A DNA stretch of 52,117 nucleotides from Chiloscyllium plagiosum (lineage: Eukaryota): NCBI RefSeq assembly GCF_004010195.1, contig NC_057718.1:12836474-12888590 (forward strand), written 5' to 3'. Shown piece by piece: positions 12,950 to 24,659 of this stretch. The position numbers were made by a program, and so were the translations under genes. Within the stretch, counting starts at the first letter, position 1. Every line of letters begins with the position of its first letter. The notes under the pieces were generated by a model. The model was not told the origin of the DNA, did no database searches, and saw only the letters and a list, made by a program, of their open reading frames with translations.

Positions 12950-13170
12950 GATGAGAATTATTTTACTCAGCAAATGGTTATGGTTGGAAAAGCACTGTTT
13001 ACTGGTGTGATGAAAGCAGGCATAATGTTAATGTTTGAAAGAGAATTGGAAGGTATATTTTAAAAAAGATCAAGTAGCAGGGCTGTGTTGAAAGAGCAGG
13101 GGAGTGGGACTAATTCAATAATTTATGGCACAGGCATGATGGGCTGAATAGCCTCCTGTGCTGTATGACA
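12950..13170 (+). mobile_element. Old CR1 3' fragment
   Basis: GCAGGGGAGTGGGACTAA...GATGGGCTGAATAGCCTCCTGTGCTGTATGA. Confidence 0.7.
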
Positions 13171-14203
13171 CTAATTTTCTCTCAGTGCCCAATCACACAT
13201 GTAAAACCTGTACAGCATTCAGACTGCAGCTGGTCAGCATCACACATGTTCCAGGCAGTCATCATCTCCAACAAGAGTGTATGTAACCATCACCCCTAAG
13301 TATTCAATGGCATTACTGTTGCTGAGTCCCCCACCTCCAACCTCAAAGGGGTTACCATTGACCAGAAAGTGACTCGCCTCACAACTCTTTAAAGCTCATC
13401 CACCGTCTACAAAGTTCAAGTCATGAGTGTGATTGAATACTTCACACTTGCTTTGATGAGCACAGCTCCAATAACTTTGACAACTCTCAATGCCATCGGA
13501 AGCAAACATCCCACTTGATCAATACCCCATCCACTATCTTAAATATAACATTCACTGTCTCCGTCACTGATTCACTGTGGTTGCGGTGTGCTCTGTATGC
13601 AAGATGTGCTAAATTGTCAGTGCTCTTTCAGTGGTATCTTCTAATCTTGTCAACACCACAATGTCAAACAAAAACAGCAGGCACATGGGGACACTTTTTC
13701 ACCTCAAGTTTTCCTAAAGGTCACACAACATTCTGTTTCCACACTGTAAGGAATCTAATTCTGGTTTGGAACCATATTGCTGTTCCTGCACTGTCAATGG
13801 CTCAAAAACCAGAAGACAATAAGCTATAGGAACAAAATTAAGCCTATCGACCTGCTGAGTCTGCTTGCCACTCTCAACCCCATTCTCCTCAATGCCTTGG
13901 CCTGCACAGCCCCTTTGGCAATGAGTTCCTCTACTACTACTGGCTGAAGAAAATCCTCATCTCAGTTCCAGTGGGTTATCCCTTCACTCTGAGGCTGTGC
14001 CCTCAGACCCTAGATAGTTCCTTCTACTACTGGAAACATCTCCATGTCCATTCTATCCAGCCCTCTCAGTGTTCTGGACGTTTCAATCAGATCCTCCTTC
14101 ATTCTTGGAGAAAGTGAGGACTGCCGATGCTGGAGATCAGAGCTGAAAATATGTTGCTGGAAAAGCGCAGCAGGTCAGGCAGCATCCAAGGAGCAGGAGA
14201 ATC

Positions 14204-14231
14204 GACGTTTCAGGCATGAGCCCTTCTTCAG
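14204..14231 (-). ncRNA. Minimal type I hammerhead ribozyme motif
   Basis: CTGAAGA-A-GGGC-TCAT-GCCT-GAAA-CGTC on the minus strand. Confidence 0.75.
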
Positions 14232-14938
14232 GAATGAGGAAAGTGTGTCCAGCAGGCTAAGATAAAAGGTAAGGAGGAGGGACTTGGGGGAGGGGGCGTT
14301 GGAAATGCGATAGATGGAAGGAGGTTAAGGTGAGGGTGTTAGGCCAGAGTGGGGGTGGGGGACAGAGAGGTNNNNNNNNNNNNNNNNNNNNNNNNNNNNN
14401 NNNNNNNNNNNNNNNNNNNNNNNNNNNNGATTGCAGGTTAGGGAGGCGGTGCTGAGTTCGAGGGGTTTGGCTGAGACAAGGTGGGGGGAGGGGAAATGAG
14501 GAAACTGGAGAAATCTGAGTTCATCCCTTGTGGTTGGAGGGTTCCTAGGCGGATGATGAGGCGCTCTTCCTCCAGCCGTCGATGGACTCCTCCATCGCCA
14601 GACCATAGTTCCTTGGACTCCTCCATCGCCAGACCATAGCAACACGATGGCTGGAGGAAGAGCGCCTCATCTTCCGCCTAGGAACCCTCCAACCACAAGG
14701 GATGAACTCAGATTTCTCCAGTTTCCTCATCCCCCCACCCCCCACCTTGTCTCAGTCCCAACCCTCGAACTCAGCACCACCTTCCTAACCTGCAATCTTC
14801 TTCCTGACCTCTCCATCTCCATTCTGGCCTATCACCCTCACCTTAACCTCCTTCCACCTATCGCATTTCCAACGCCCCTACCCCAAGTCCCTTCTCCCTA
14901 TCTTTTATCTTAGCCTGCTGGACACACTTTTCTCATTC

Positions 14939-14966
14939 CTGAAGAAGGGCTCATGCCCGAAACGTC
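14939..14966 (+). ncRNA. Minimal type I hammerhead ribozyme motif
   Basis: CTGAAGA-A-GGGC-TCAT-GCCC-GAAA-CGTC; intact core, perfect stem II, palindromic ACGT in place of stem III. Confidence 0.8.
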
Positions 14967-16630
14967 GATTCTCCTGCTCCTTGGATGCTGCCTGACCTGC
15001 TGCGCTTTTCCAGCCACACATTTTCACCTCCCTCATTCTTCTAAACTCCATTAGGTACAGACCCAGAGTCCTCAACCGCTCTTCATATGACAAGCCCTAC
15101 ATCCCTGGGTATTTCTAGAAAACCTCTTCTGGACCCCCTTCAAAGTTGGCATACCCTTCCTTAGATACAGGGCCCAAAGCTTCTAGGAATGTTCCAAAAA
15201 TCTGGAACTCCCTCACTTAACAGCACTGTGGGTGTTATACCAAATGGATTCCAGCCATTGAAGAAGGTCATTCGCCATCACTTTTTCAAGGGCAATTAGG
15301 AATGGGAAACAAATGTTGGTCTAGACAGTGACAACCACATCCTGTAAAAGAAAGAATCAAAACATCTTCCTGGCGTGTAAAGACATTGAAGTGGTGAGGT
15401 TTGACATTGAATGAAATTTGCCAGGGTTTGGAGGCTGCCACTGAACAAATGTATTTATTTCAATGAGCCCTGGGGATAGAGGCCACAAGATACCTTTTGC
15501 AATAGTATGTTTATAGCTTCACTGATTAGTTGTGAGGAAGGTTTCCCACAGGACAGTGCAAGATGAAAGCATGTAGGTGCTACATGGCCACTTCCAGCTC
15601 ATGGAAGTAACATCTCCCCACTAAAGCAATACAAGGGCCTAGAGAAAGCAAGGCCTATTCCACACACGTACCACCTTTGGCACAACCTTGATAAATAACC
15701 CTGAACTGCAGGATGTCTTTGTTATTTGCAGCAATTAGAGAGTCTGACAAGTTTTTGAGACACTTTGGCAGGATGGTGAGTCCCTTAACTTTAAACCTCA
15801 TCGCGTGAGGTCAATGTGTGGAAGGAGAAAACAAAAACGCAGAAGGCTGTTACAATACAGTACGCCTTGGCAGGAGTCAGTTTGGAGGGCCAGGCTGTGT
15901 GTGCGTGTGCCAATTTCCTAAAGTGAGCAGCAAATGGGTTCTACTGCAACAGCAACAGCAGCAGCCAAGCATTTCATTCCTATCATTATCTTATCAGGGA
16001 TTAATGAGCACTACAGTCAGTGCATATAATACAAATCTCTCAGAAAACAGGTGCAGCTTTCCATGGCAGTATTGTATGAAGCACACAGGCACAACGTGTA
16101 CACATTTACAACTGCTAATGTAAAGTGTTTACACTTTATCCTGCGCTTCAGTGCTCTGCTCTAATTATATGCTGCACAGCTTTACCAGCCAGAGAGAGGA
16201 GGAGGTAGCTGAAATGTTTCCCTACTGAAGGGTGTGTTCTCTTAAGGGGAAGCATCAATCTTTGTACGTGTGTGTAGGAGAAAATGTGGAGATCCTGTGT
16301 CAGTCTTGCTTCAGACGTGCTCTGCATCATCTCTGAAAGAAATGCAGAAAACTGACAGAGCCACAGGCATCCAATAACAGTCTTATGCTCCCTCCAGCCC
16401 TAGAAACACTGTCAAACTTTTAATTCAATGCAAGGGTCATGATTTGAATCTATTCTCAGATGAGTGGCCCACAGTCTGTTCAGCAGTCAACTCAGAGCAG
16501 ATTTAGAAGAGCCATTGTTGATCCAATAGAGTGAAATTCAAGGTTTGCAAATGGACTTATTAGTAATGTAGCTTCACAGAATGTTAGCCTTTCTTGGACA
16601 CATTCGACTTTGCGTCAAGTGTGTAACCAC

Positions 16631-16938
16631 TGGTGGCACGGTGGTTAGCACTACTGCCTCACAGCACCAGGGACACAGGTTCAATTCCAGCTTTGGGTGA
16701 CTGTGTGGAATTTGCACATTCTCCCTGTGTCTGTGTGGGTTTCTTCCCACGGTCCAAAGATGTGCAGGTTAGGTGGATTGAACATGCTAAATTGACCATA
16801 GTGTCCAGGGATGTGGAGTTTAGGTGGATTAGCCATGGTAAATGCAGGGTGACTTTGAGTATTGATGCTCTTCGGAGGGTTGATACAGACTCCTTGGGCT
16901 GAATGGCCTCTTTCTGCACAATAGGAATTCTATGATTC
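16631..16938 (+). mobile_element. HE1-type V-SINE
   Basis: tRNA head, V-domain, ATTCTATGATTC tail. Confidence 0.9.
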
Positions 16939-17110
16939 AAACTTTCTGCTAGCTTAACTGGTTAAAATGGCCATATCTAACATATAGCTGTGTATATTAA
17001 CAATTACCAGTTATAACTCTCAAATTAGCTGCACATTAGTTGTACATTTGTTACTGAGGACTTGCAAGTTTCTGCTACGTATTTTTCTTCTCTCAGTGTA
17101 ATGTGGTGTT

Positions 17111-17400
17111 TCACTCGGAGTTGGTGTACTTGGTCACCATTTTTGTGCCCTATGACACGGTGAGCTTGGCCAGCTCCCCAGGCAGCAGCAGGCACACAGC
17201 AGTCTGGATCTCCTGGGAGCTGATGGTGCTGTGCTGGTTGTAATGGGCCAGGCAGGAAACCTTCCCACCAATGAGCCCAAAAGTGTCATTGACAAACAAG
17301 TTTAAGACCCTCATGGCCTTGGAGGAGATGCCGGTGTCAGGGTAAACCTGTTTCATCTCTTTGTGTGCATAGTAATTTTCTTTCATCTTGTCATCTTTTC
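17111..17400 (-). pseudogene. H2B: Histone H2B pseudogene
   Basis: [26 protein letters not shown]...[22 protein letters not shown]; premature TAG at 17150-17152 in place of E, then GTKMVTKYTNSE-stop at 17111; N-terminus degraded. Confidence 0.93.
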
Positions 17401-17960
17401 CTCAACTGTGGTGGCAGTCATCTTCAGAGCCAAGAAGTAGAAAATCACCCAACTCTTTCCCTTTCTCTTTCTCTCTCTCTCTCTTTCTCCGTCCCCCGCT
17501 CTGGACTGGAATAATACACTTGAGTGGACATCAGGAAAAGACTAGATTGTAAAATCTTCAGAAATGCTCTAATGGCACTCTCTAACGAAGTTCATTCACA
17601 ATAAATGTTTATTTAACCAAGGCACCAGCAGCAGATTGCTGCCACTGAACGAATACTCTGCAAAATGTCAGAGCCGAAGGTGAGAATAGAGTAAAGCAAT
17701 TTATCAAGTGAAACTTCCCTTTTCTGGGACACCTTTTCTGGAGCTGGATGTAAAATAGGACGATACTTCCATGAGTGAGATTTTTCAACTCAATTGCAAT
17801 CTTTTCAGTTCATTATCTGTTCATGCAAGGGCATAATGCCAGAGTTCAGAGACAAAACATACTGCCCCCACCAGACTCTTCAACATCTGGGTGTCATAGT
17901 TAAAAGGTACCAGGACTGCACTTCAGCCTCAGGTGCGTTGCCCCGGAGAGGTCAGAGACC

Positions 17961-18180
17961 AGGCAAAAAGGGCACCATTCTTTTAGAGATACCGGTCCTA
18001 CAGGTGTTCCTGAATGCTGCTTGGGAGAAAAGGGAAGTTTGTCTCCCTGTGGAAGGTCATCCCAATTGACAAGAGCAGTCTGGACAGAGGTGGCTGTAGA
18101 GGTCAGCACCTGAGAGCAACTAAAGCAAACCTGGCCCGAGGTGCTGTAAGAAAATGAATGATCTGCTGCACTTGTCAGAG
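17961..18180 (+). pseudogene. Frameshifted Myb/SANT-like (trihelix) domain, probable PIF/Harbinger transposon relic
   Basis: Across frames: KRAPFF / LQVFLNAAWEKREVCLPVEG / TRAVWTEVAVEVST..KQTW / CCKKMNDLL, matching the APxF..L.VL...V..R..L..W..VA..V..RT..QC.KK.NDL pattern. Confidence 0.65.
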
Positions 18181-18790
18181 TCTGTACCACTAGCTACTCA
18201 GTGCCTCATGCCTCTCTGTGTGCGAGCATAGTATAGTTGCCATGACTCAGGACTGTCACAAACAAAATTGGGTACCAGACATCTCTATCAAATACCCATG
18301 TGCAGTCAATATCTGCCATTTCATTGCAGCCACCAATGTAGTATTATTTGCACCATGGTGGTACAACTTCTGACATCTGTCAGGGCTTACACTTAAAACA
18401 TTGATGCAAGGGCAATCGGTCAGCGGCTCACACAGCATCAGCATCACTAACTATTCATCACATCTAAGAGAATCTAGGTAATTGATTGCTTATCCCCAAA
18501 GATTTGCATGGAGTAAGAACATAACTGTAGATGGTGTTCCATTGAGTTCAGCCCCACGTGCCTGCCCTCGCCAGGTTTGTTGGCATTAGCCTCACTTGGG
18601 CAGGCCAATTGGCCTAGTCAGGCCTTACACTGTAAGTATTTGCCCCAAGAAAGACCTTGGTTATGCCAGAGTCAAGTAACAGAAGATGTTTGTGTTGACT
18701 GGCATTTGGAGGAAGGCATTTTTCCTGAGGATACAATTGATTCGTGAACACATGCGTTTCCCATCTTTGGCTAATAAACTTGTGCCTGCA

Positions 18791-19290
18791 NNNNNNNNNN
18801 NNNNNNNNNNNNNNNNNNNNNNNNNNNNNNNNNNNNNNNNNNNNNNNNNNNNNNNNNNNNNNNNNNNNNNNNNNNNNNNNNNNNNNNNNNNNNNNNNNNN
18901 NNNNNNNNNNNNNNNNNNNNNNNNNNNNNNNNNNNNNNNNNNNNNNNNNNNNNNNNNNNNNNNNNNNNNNNNNNNNNNNNNNNNNNNNNNNNNNNNNNNN
19001 NNNNNNNNNNNNNNNNNNNNNNNNNNNNNNNNNNNNNNNNNNNNNNNNNNNNNNNNNNNNNNNNNNNNNNNNNNNNNNNNNNNNNNNNNNNNNNNNNNNN
19101 NNNNNNNNNNNNNNNNNNNNNNNNNNNNNNNNNNNNNNNNNNNNNNNNNNNNNNNNNNNNNNNNNNNNNNNNNNNNNNNNNNNNNNNNNNNNNNNNNNNN
19201 NNNNNNNNNNNNNNNNNNNNNNNNNNNNNNNNNNNNNNNNNNNNNNNNNNNNNNNNNNNNNNNNNNNNNNNNNNNNNNNNNNNNNNNNNN
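18791..19290. other. Assembly gap (500 N)
   Basis: Run of N. Confidence 1.
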
Positions 19291-19524
19291 TGGGATCTTG
19301 TACATCCATCTGAGAGGTTAGTAGCCTATCACCTCATTTGAAAAAAAACAGCATCTTTCAGTCCTGAAACATATGATACCTGAGGGGATTTGACAGGGTG
19401 GATGCTTGTGAGGGACAAAGGATGCAAGCTACAATCTCAGTGAATGGTGAAGGAGACTCTGGGCCGAATGGCCTACATCTGCTGCTGAGTCTTACAGTCT
19501 TAAGAATGGGATGGAAGGTTCCAA

Positions 19525-19705
19525 CCAAGTACCCTATGCCTGTCTTCACCTATCCTCACTTCACAACCCTGCCCCTGACACCCTCTTTATCTGCAGCTCC
19601 CACACACCCACCTCCAGTCCTGAAGAAGGGTTATGCCTGAAACGTTGACCTCTGCACCTCCTGATACTGGCAGGCTTGCTGTGTTCTTCCACCCTCCTGC
19701 TTGTC
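19525..19705 (+). mobile_element. PLE pLTR fragment with hammerhead motif at 19620-19646
   Basis: GTC-CTGAAGA-A-GGGT-TAT-GCCT-GAAA-CGTT-GAC; flanking GTC/GAC can form a short stem I. Confidence 0.75.
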
Positions 19706-19709
19706 TACT

Positions 19710-19945
19710 TAAACATGGGGGTGCCTGTTTAAGACAGAAATGGGAAGAATTTTTTTTCCTCTCAAAGAATGAATTGGAGGCAGGGTCATTGAATCTTTTG
19801 AAGGGTAAGGTAGATACATAGGTTCATGGCTAAAAAAAAAGTTAAAAGGTATTGGGCTAAGTAGGAAAGTGGAGATGAGACCTCAATCAGGTCAGCTCTG
19901 ACTTTACAGTAGAGCTGCTTGACATGGCCTTCTAATTTGTTTGTA
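19710..19945 (+). mobile_element. CR1 3' fragment
   Basis: TTTAAGACAGAAATGGGAAGAATTTTTTTCCTC...GAGGCAGGGTCATTGAAT. Confidence 0.7.
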
Positions 19946-19989
19946 TGATGGACTGCAGTTTGCTGAACGTCAGACAGGTATTAATGCCG

Positions 19990-20240
19990 AACCAAAGGAG
20001 GAGATGTTAGGAATGGTGGTGAGAGCTTAGTGAAGGGCCCTGAAGGACAGTGAGTAGATGGAAAAGCAGAGAGATTTGGAGAGGGAGTTCCCAAGCTTTA
20101 GACAGAGACAGCTCAAGGTGGAATAAGGGATTGAGCATGACTAGGTTGGAAGGAACAGAATTTGTGGGCTAGCTGAAGTGCCATCAGAAGTTCCCAGAAC
20201 TAGGGATCAAGGAGTCAGGTCCCAAAGGGTTTGGACACAG
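19990..20240 (-). mobile_element. L2-type LINE 3' remnant
   Basis: GAGAGATTTGGAGAGGGAGTTCCCAAGC...CAGCTCAAGG is similar to the L2 at 44470-44690. Confidence 0.5.
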
Positions 20241-20319
20241 AGGTGAAGGGGACACCAAAGACAGAAAAATTAATAAGGCTCATAGACTTCTGAGATAAGT
20301 ACGATTCTAGGTTCTTCCA

Positions 20320-20422
20320 AGTGGAAGAAGGGTCACTGGACTCAAAACATTAATTCTGTTTTTCTGTCCACAGATGCTGCCAGTCCTGCTGAGTTTTTCC
20401 AGCAATTTCTATTTTTGTTCCT
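20320..20422 (+). mobile_element. PLE pLTR arm (family B), decayed hammerhead
   Basis: GAAGAAGGGTCACTGGACTCAAAACATT...CACAGATGCTGCCAGTCCTGCTGAG; homologous to 34910-35000. Confidence 0.75.
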
Positions 20423-23199
20423 GGTGTTAACATTCAGTCTGCTTCATATAAACACTCTACCAAAAGACCAGTTGCCCATGGGAACTGTAGGGGGGTATTT
20501 GGAGAAATTGGAAAGAGGGAGCAGCAAGATAAGGGAGCAGAGTTGCAGAGACTTGAGCATGTTCGTTCTAGCACAAAGGTTTTCAGTCTCCCAGACGTTG
20601 TGTAGCTAGGGTCAGCAGTCCCTGCTCTACCCCTCTCCCCTTACGTGTTTAAGTAATTGCTGTGAGCACTGAGTTACGGAAAAGTCTGTTTAAGAGCAGA
20701 TTTTCTGCGGCCTTTCACTTCTCACTTTCTGCATGAAAAGGCCTTCCTCATCTACATGTGTGAGAGATTACAATGCAGCACCAAATGAGGAGGAAATATC
20801 AGGTTATGTTTCTGCCCCAGCCTCCTCTCCACCCTCCATCTGTGGTGATGTCAGGCCTTTATTGTCACAGATGCTGCCTGTTGCACACTGACCATCTGTT
20901 TACCAAGTTGATTAAATGCTCAGGTTGCTATGGGAACTGAGCCACCAAGTGCAATGGCACTGAAAGCATTTTATGCTCAGATTTCACTTTTTTTCTCATT
21001 CAGTGCAGCGGAATGACAGTAAATTATATTTTTTTTGTTTTGTGTATGTGTGTGTGTGTGTGAGAGAGACGGGAACATCCCCTCCAGTGTATGCACCATA
21101 AATGACACAATAACAGGCTCTGAGTGCATCCCTACTCTCTTTGCAAGGCTACACAGTCCCTAACTGACAATAATAGAAGGAGGATGATCAGTTTGTCCCC
21201 AGCAGTCTAAAGGGGCTTTCACAGGGACTTCTTTTGTTTGCTCCCAGCCAGGGGTCGCTGATCTACATACATGGCTCACTTACCCTCTCCTTTTATGTTG
21301 GGTCTACCTTGCCTCTGGGCAGGCAGAGATTCAGGTAATTAGTGGGGAAGGGGCTGTGAACAGGATGATCAGAACTCAGCACAGACTGAAAACAGGTTTC
21401 CCATCGCCACAAAGCTTACAGCCCAATGGTTTACCGACCATCAATGTGTCTACACCGTTCAAGATTCACTGAATGAGCTTGGGCACAGTTAAGATGATTT
21501 CATGTCTATCACCCACTGCCATTGCTCCTGTCGTTTAACAGCATCCAGCCCGGGCCTTGCTAGTTTGCAAAGGTAATAGTTTAATAACCAATCAAACCTC
21601 TCAGAAAAAGATATTTATTTAAGGCTGTGTCTTTGGAATTTGAGCTTGTAAGCTGCTCAGGGAGTGATATCTAGAAGTACTCCTTTATATGAAGTTGGTG
21701 ACTCTCTGGATTCTGTCCCAAAAGCATTGTAGCGGCTCATGCCTGGATGTTTACACCTCTGTCCATGTTGGAACAGACTTGAGAGTTCTCCAGGAGATTT
21801 AAAAACAGTGAGTGTGACTTGGTTCCAATATCCCCCCCTCCCCACAATTCCATCATGTAGGACTTTTACAGTCCTGTGGTAGGGGTGCAGGTAGTGAGCC
21901 TCCACACTCAGCAATCTCAAACTCACTTCCTCGGCTGTGGGAATGGATATCACTGCTATTTTCATAATTTTGTTAGGGCACATGGTTCATGGTAGCTCAA
22001 ATGAGCTAAAAACCAGTAGGGAGCCCCTGCCCAAAGTGGGGAACCATTGTAAGGTCACTATGTTCCCATTGAAGGGTTAATTATAGGGTTCAGTCCTGCA
22101 AAGCTATGTAGAACATTACATTCATCAGTGATATGTTAGTGTTGAGAACCATTAAGAATCTTTTCCTAATGGTAAAAATGCTCTTTTATATTCAAAACTG
22201 AAATAAAAATACACCCTTGTATCTCTAGTGTAACAATTTGAAATGATTTAAATTCCCAAAGTTCTTTTAAAATTAAAACAAAAATCTGCTGCTTTCACTT
22301 AGCATATAATAAAAGTGTTCCCGAAATAGTTTGATTGATAGAACATATGTTTTCTGGTTGAAAATACAATTTATCTTCTTAATTCAACAGACTCCATTGC
22401 CTATATTTCTCTGAGTTTGGTATAACAGCTGAGCTTCGAAAGGTTAAGAACCACTTATTTCTGTACACACATTGGTTAACAGAAGTTTATTAAATAATTA
22501 CCTACCTTTGTTGTGGTTAGGAAAATAGTTTTTTATAAGAAAAAATAGATTGGAAGGGATTTAAACTTCTTGAATGGGTTTTATGAATGTGTTTTTATTC
22601 AGTGTGAAGTGTGATTGAGTGTTAATTAGATTGATTGTTAGCAGTTTCTGTTTCAGATCCATTTTAAAGTCATGGCTCCTGAGCTCTGCCCCTTTTGGGT
22701 TCTGGGTGAGTGGCAGGGCAGGGACTGTATTTAGGTGGCATAGGGGTACTGGGAGGACATGGGGGTAGCACAGGGAATATGAAGGCGCATGGATGTTTGA
22801 GGGAGCAGAGCGGAATATGAGAGAGATGGGGAAGGATTTGGGGGAATGGGAGATGTGGAGAAGAATGGTTGCGGGGATGTGGTGTGGGCATGGGGAAGAT
22901 AGAGGAATACAGTATATGAGAGGCATGTCAGGTGGGATGGCCAATGGGGGAGAGTTTGAGAGCCTGATAATCTCCAATAAAACTGGGCTGACATCCAGTA
23001 AAAGGAGGAGGGGGTTGTAACCTGTCAAACTGATATCTGTCCACACCTCAGTGTTGGGTGTGGGTGAATGCATCTCACCATCCTCTCCCCAACACAAGAC
23101 ACAATATCTGAAGGCCTTTCTAAAGCAAGTGGACCTGACAGGTCAAGAATTATTTCGACTTGACCTTCCCATCCCATCAACAAAAATTCAGTGTTGATT

Positions 23200-23885
23200 G
23201 AAAATTCCAAGTCTAGGATTAATAATTTTTTTGTGACCAAGCGTATTAATGAATAGGAAACTAAGATGAGTAGGTGAAGCTGAGGTGAGATCAGTCATGA
23301 TTTAACTAAAAGGCAGAACAGGTTTGAGGAGCTGATTGGCCCCCTCCTGATCCCATGTTTCCATCAAAATTCAAGCATTAACAAAGGGGGGTGAACACTT
23401 TTACACATTCCAGTATTTAGTAGTTACATATGAACTAGGAGCAAGAGGATGCCATTTAGCTCCTCAAGCCTGCGACGCCTGTCAATAAGGTCATGGCTGA
23501 TCTGCCTGTGGCCTCAACTCTACATACCTGACATTCCTGATAATGTTTGACTCACTTGTTAGTCCAGAATCGACCCACCCCTACCATAATAGTATCTAAT
23601 TATTTCACCTTCGCTAATCTCCAGGGAAGACAGTTCTCAAAATCCACAATCCTCTGGAGAAGGTTTCCCTCATCTCTGTCATAAATGGGAGAGCCCTTTT
23701 CTTCAACTGTTTCCCTTAGTCCTAGACTGCCCCACAAGGGAGAAACATCCTTTCATCGTCCTCTTTGTCAAGTCCTGTCAGGATCTTTCTTCTAAACCCC
23801 AAATGGGATACAGCCTGACCAAGAGATGGTCCCTCCTTCTCCCACCCCACCCAAAACATCAGACGAGCAAACCTTCTGTAAAAAA
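23200..23885. mobile_element. Two old CR1 3' fragments (23200-23365 plus; 23425-23885 minus)
   Basis: CR1 3'UTR termini facing each other. Confidence 0.7.
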
Positions 23886-23959
23886 ATCAAGCAAAAATTA
23901 AGAAATCTGTTTTATTTTCTATTGGTTAAGTGTTGATCCCATGTGCTGTTTTAACATGA

Positions 23960-24088
23960 CTGATGAAGGGCTTTTGCCCAAAACGTCAATTTTCCTGCTC
24001 CTCAGATGCTGCCTGACCTGCTGTGCTTTTCCAGCCCCAATCTAATATTGACTGTCATCTCCAGCATTTGCAGGACCCACCTCCACCT
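23960..24088 (+). mobile_element. PLE pLTR arm (family A) with tail; hammerhead GAAA mutated to AAAA
   Basis: CTGATGA-A-GGGC-TTTT-GCCC-AAAA-CGTC...GATGCTGCCTGACCTGCTGTGCTTTTCCAGC. Confidence 0.8.
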
Positions 24089-24659
24089 GAAACTCTCACT
24101 GTGTACATTACTATCCTCTGGCTTAAGAAGACCATATCAATTATTCTATTGAGAGTGTTAATGCTGGAAAAGGTTGGTCATGAACAGTGATGCATTCCAA
24201 ACACTTAAGACATACAATCCTCTCAAAGGTTTTGGGGGTAGTTGTCTCCCAATGTAACATAGAGGAAGAAAATTTCAATTCTGATTCAGTTTATTTCTGA
24301 ATTCAGTAGTGTCAGACAATTGGCCTCAGTGTCCCTGATATGTACCAATGAAAATTGCTGATATAGATGTGGCTCTGGCAGGACAATTATAAGCACAGAC
24401 TTTAATTTTACTTTTACGAAAGTATCCTAATTTATAGATATACTGTACTTCACGCATGTCTATTTACTGGAAAACATTTTTCACCATTCAGTACACAAAG
24501 TTGTAAATCACACAAAATGAGCAAAAAGCCCTCACACACTCTTGGTCTCCTCTTATTATTTTACCAACAGGCACACAGAAGTTTAAAATTCACATAGATT
24601 TGCCCTGAGACTCTCAGTATTCAGGTCTGTGCTCAGGCATTACGGATGTACAGTGACTT

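Larger units (their letters stand above)
14107..15026. mobile_element. Penelope-like element, fold-back (inverted) copy containing the GIY-YIG C-terminus and pLTR
   Basis: Inverted arms 14144-14582 and 14644-15026; each encodes RLEEERLI(F/I)RLGTLQPQGMNSDF; 14-bp TSD CCTCCYTCATTCTT at 14093-14106 and 15027-15040. Confidence 0.9.
13815..15185 (-). mobile_element. CR1 3' fragment interrupted by the PLE at 14107-15026
   Basis: MSYEERLRTLGLYLMEFRRMR reading on the right side joins CR1 sequence on the left of the PLE. Confidence 0.85.
13240..15355 (+). mobile_element. Old CR1/L2-group LINE 3' part, split into 13240-13812 and 15195-15355 by nested insertions
   Basis: STVYKVQVMSVIEYFTLALMSTAP resembles an RT C-terminal motif; sequence resumes after the CR1 with CTGGAACTCCCTC...AAGGGCAATTAGG...CCACATCC; second copy at 36745-37100. 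Confidence 0.7.

Noticed and set aside
15818..16123. ORF with a polyQ stretch
   Set aside because: Short CAG/CAA microsatellite, non-ATG start, no recognisable domain
18614..19321. Long ORFs of 189-231 aa
   Set aside because: Artefacts of the 500-N gap
22561..23097. Pro/His-rich ORFs over a G-rich tract
   Set aside because: Low-complexity purine-rich sequence, possibly an old non-autonomous element; no termini or domain could be supported
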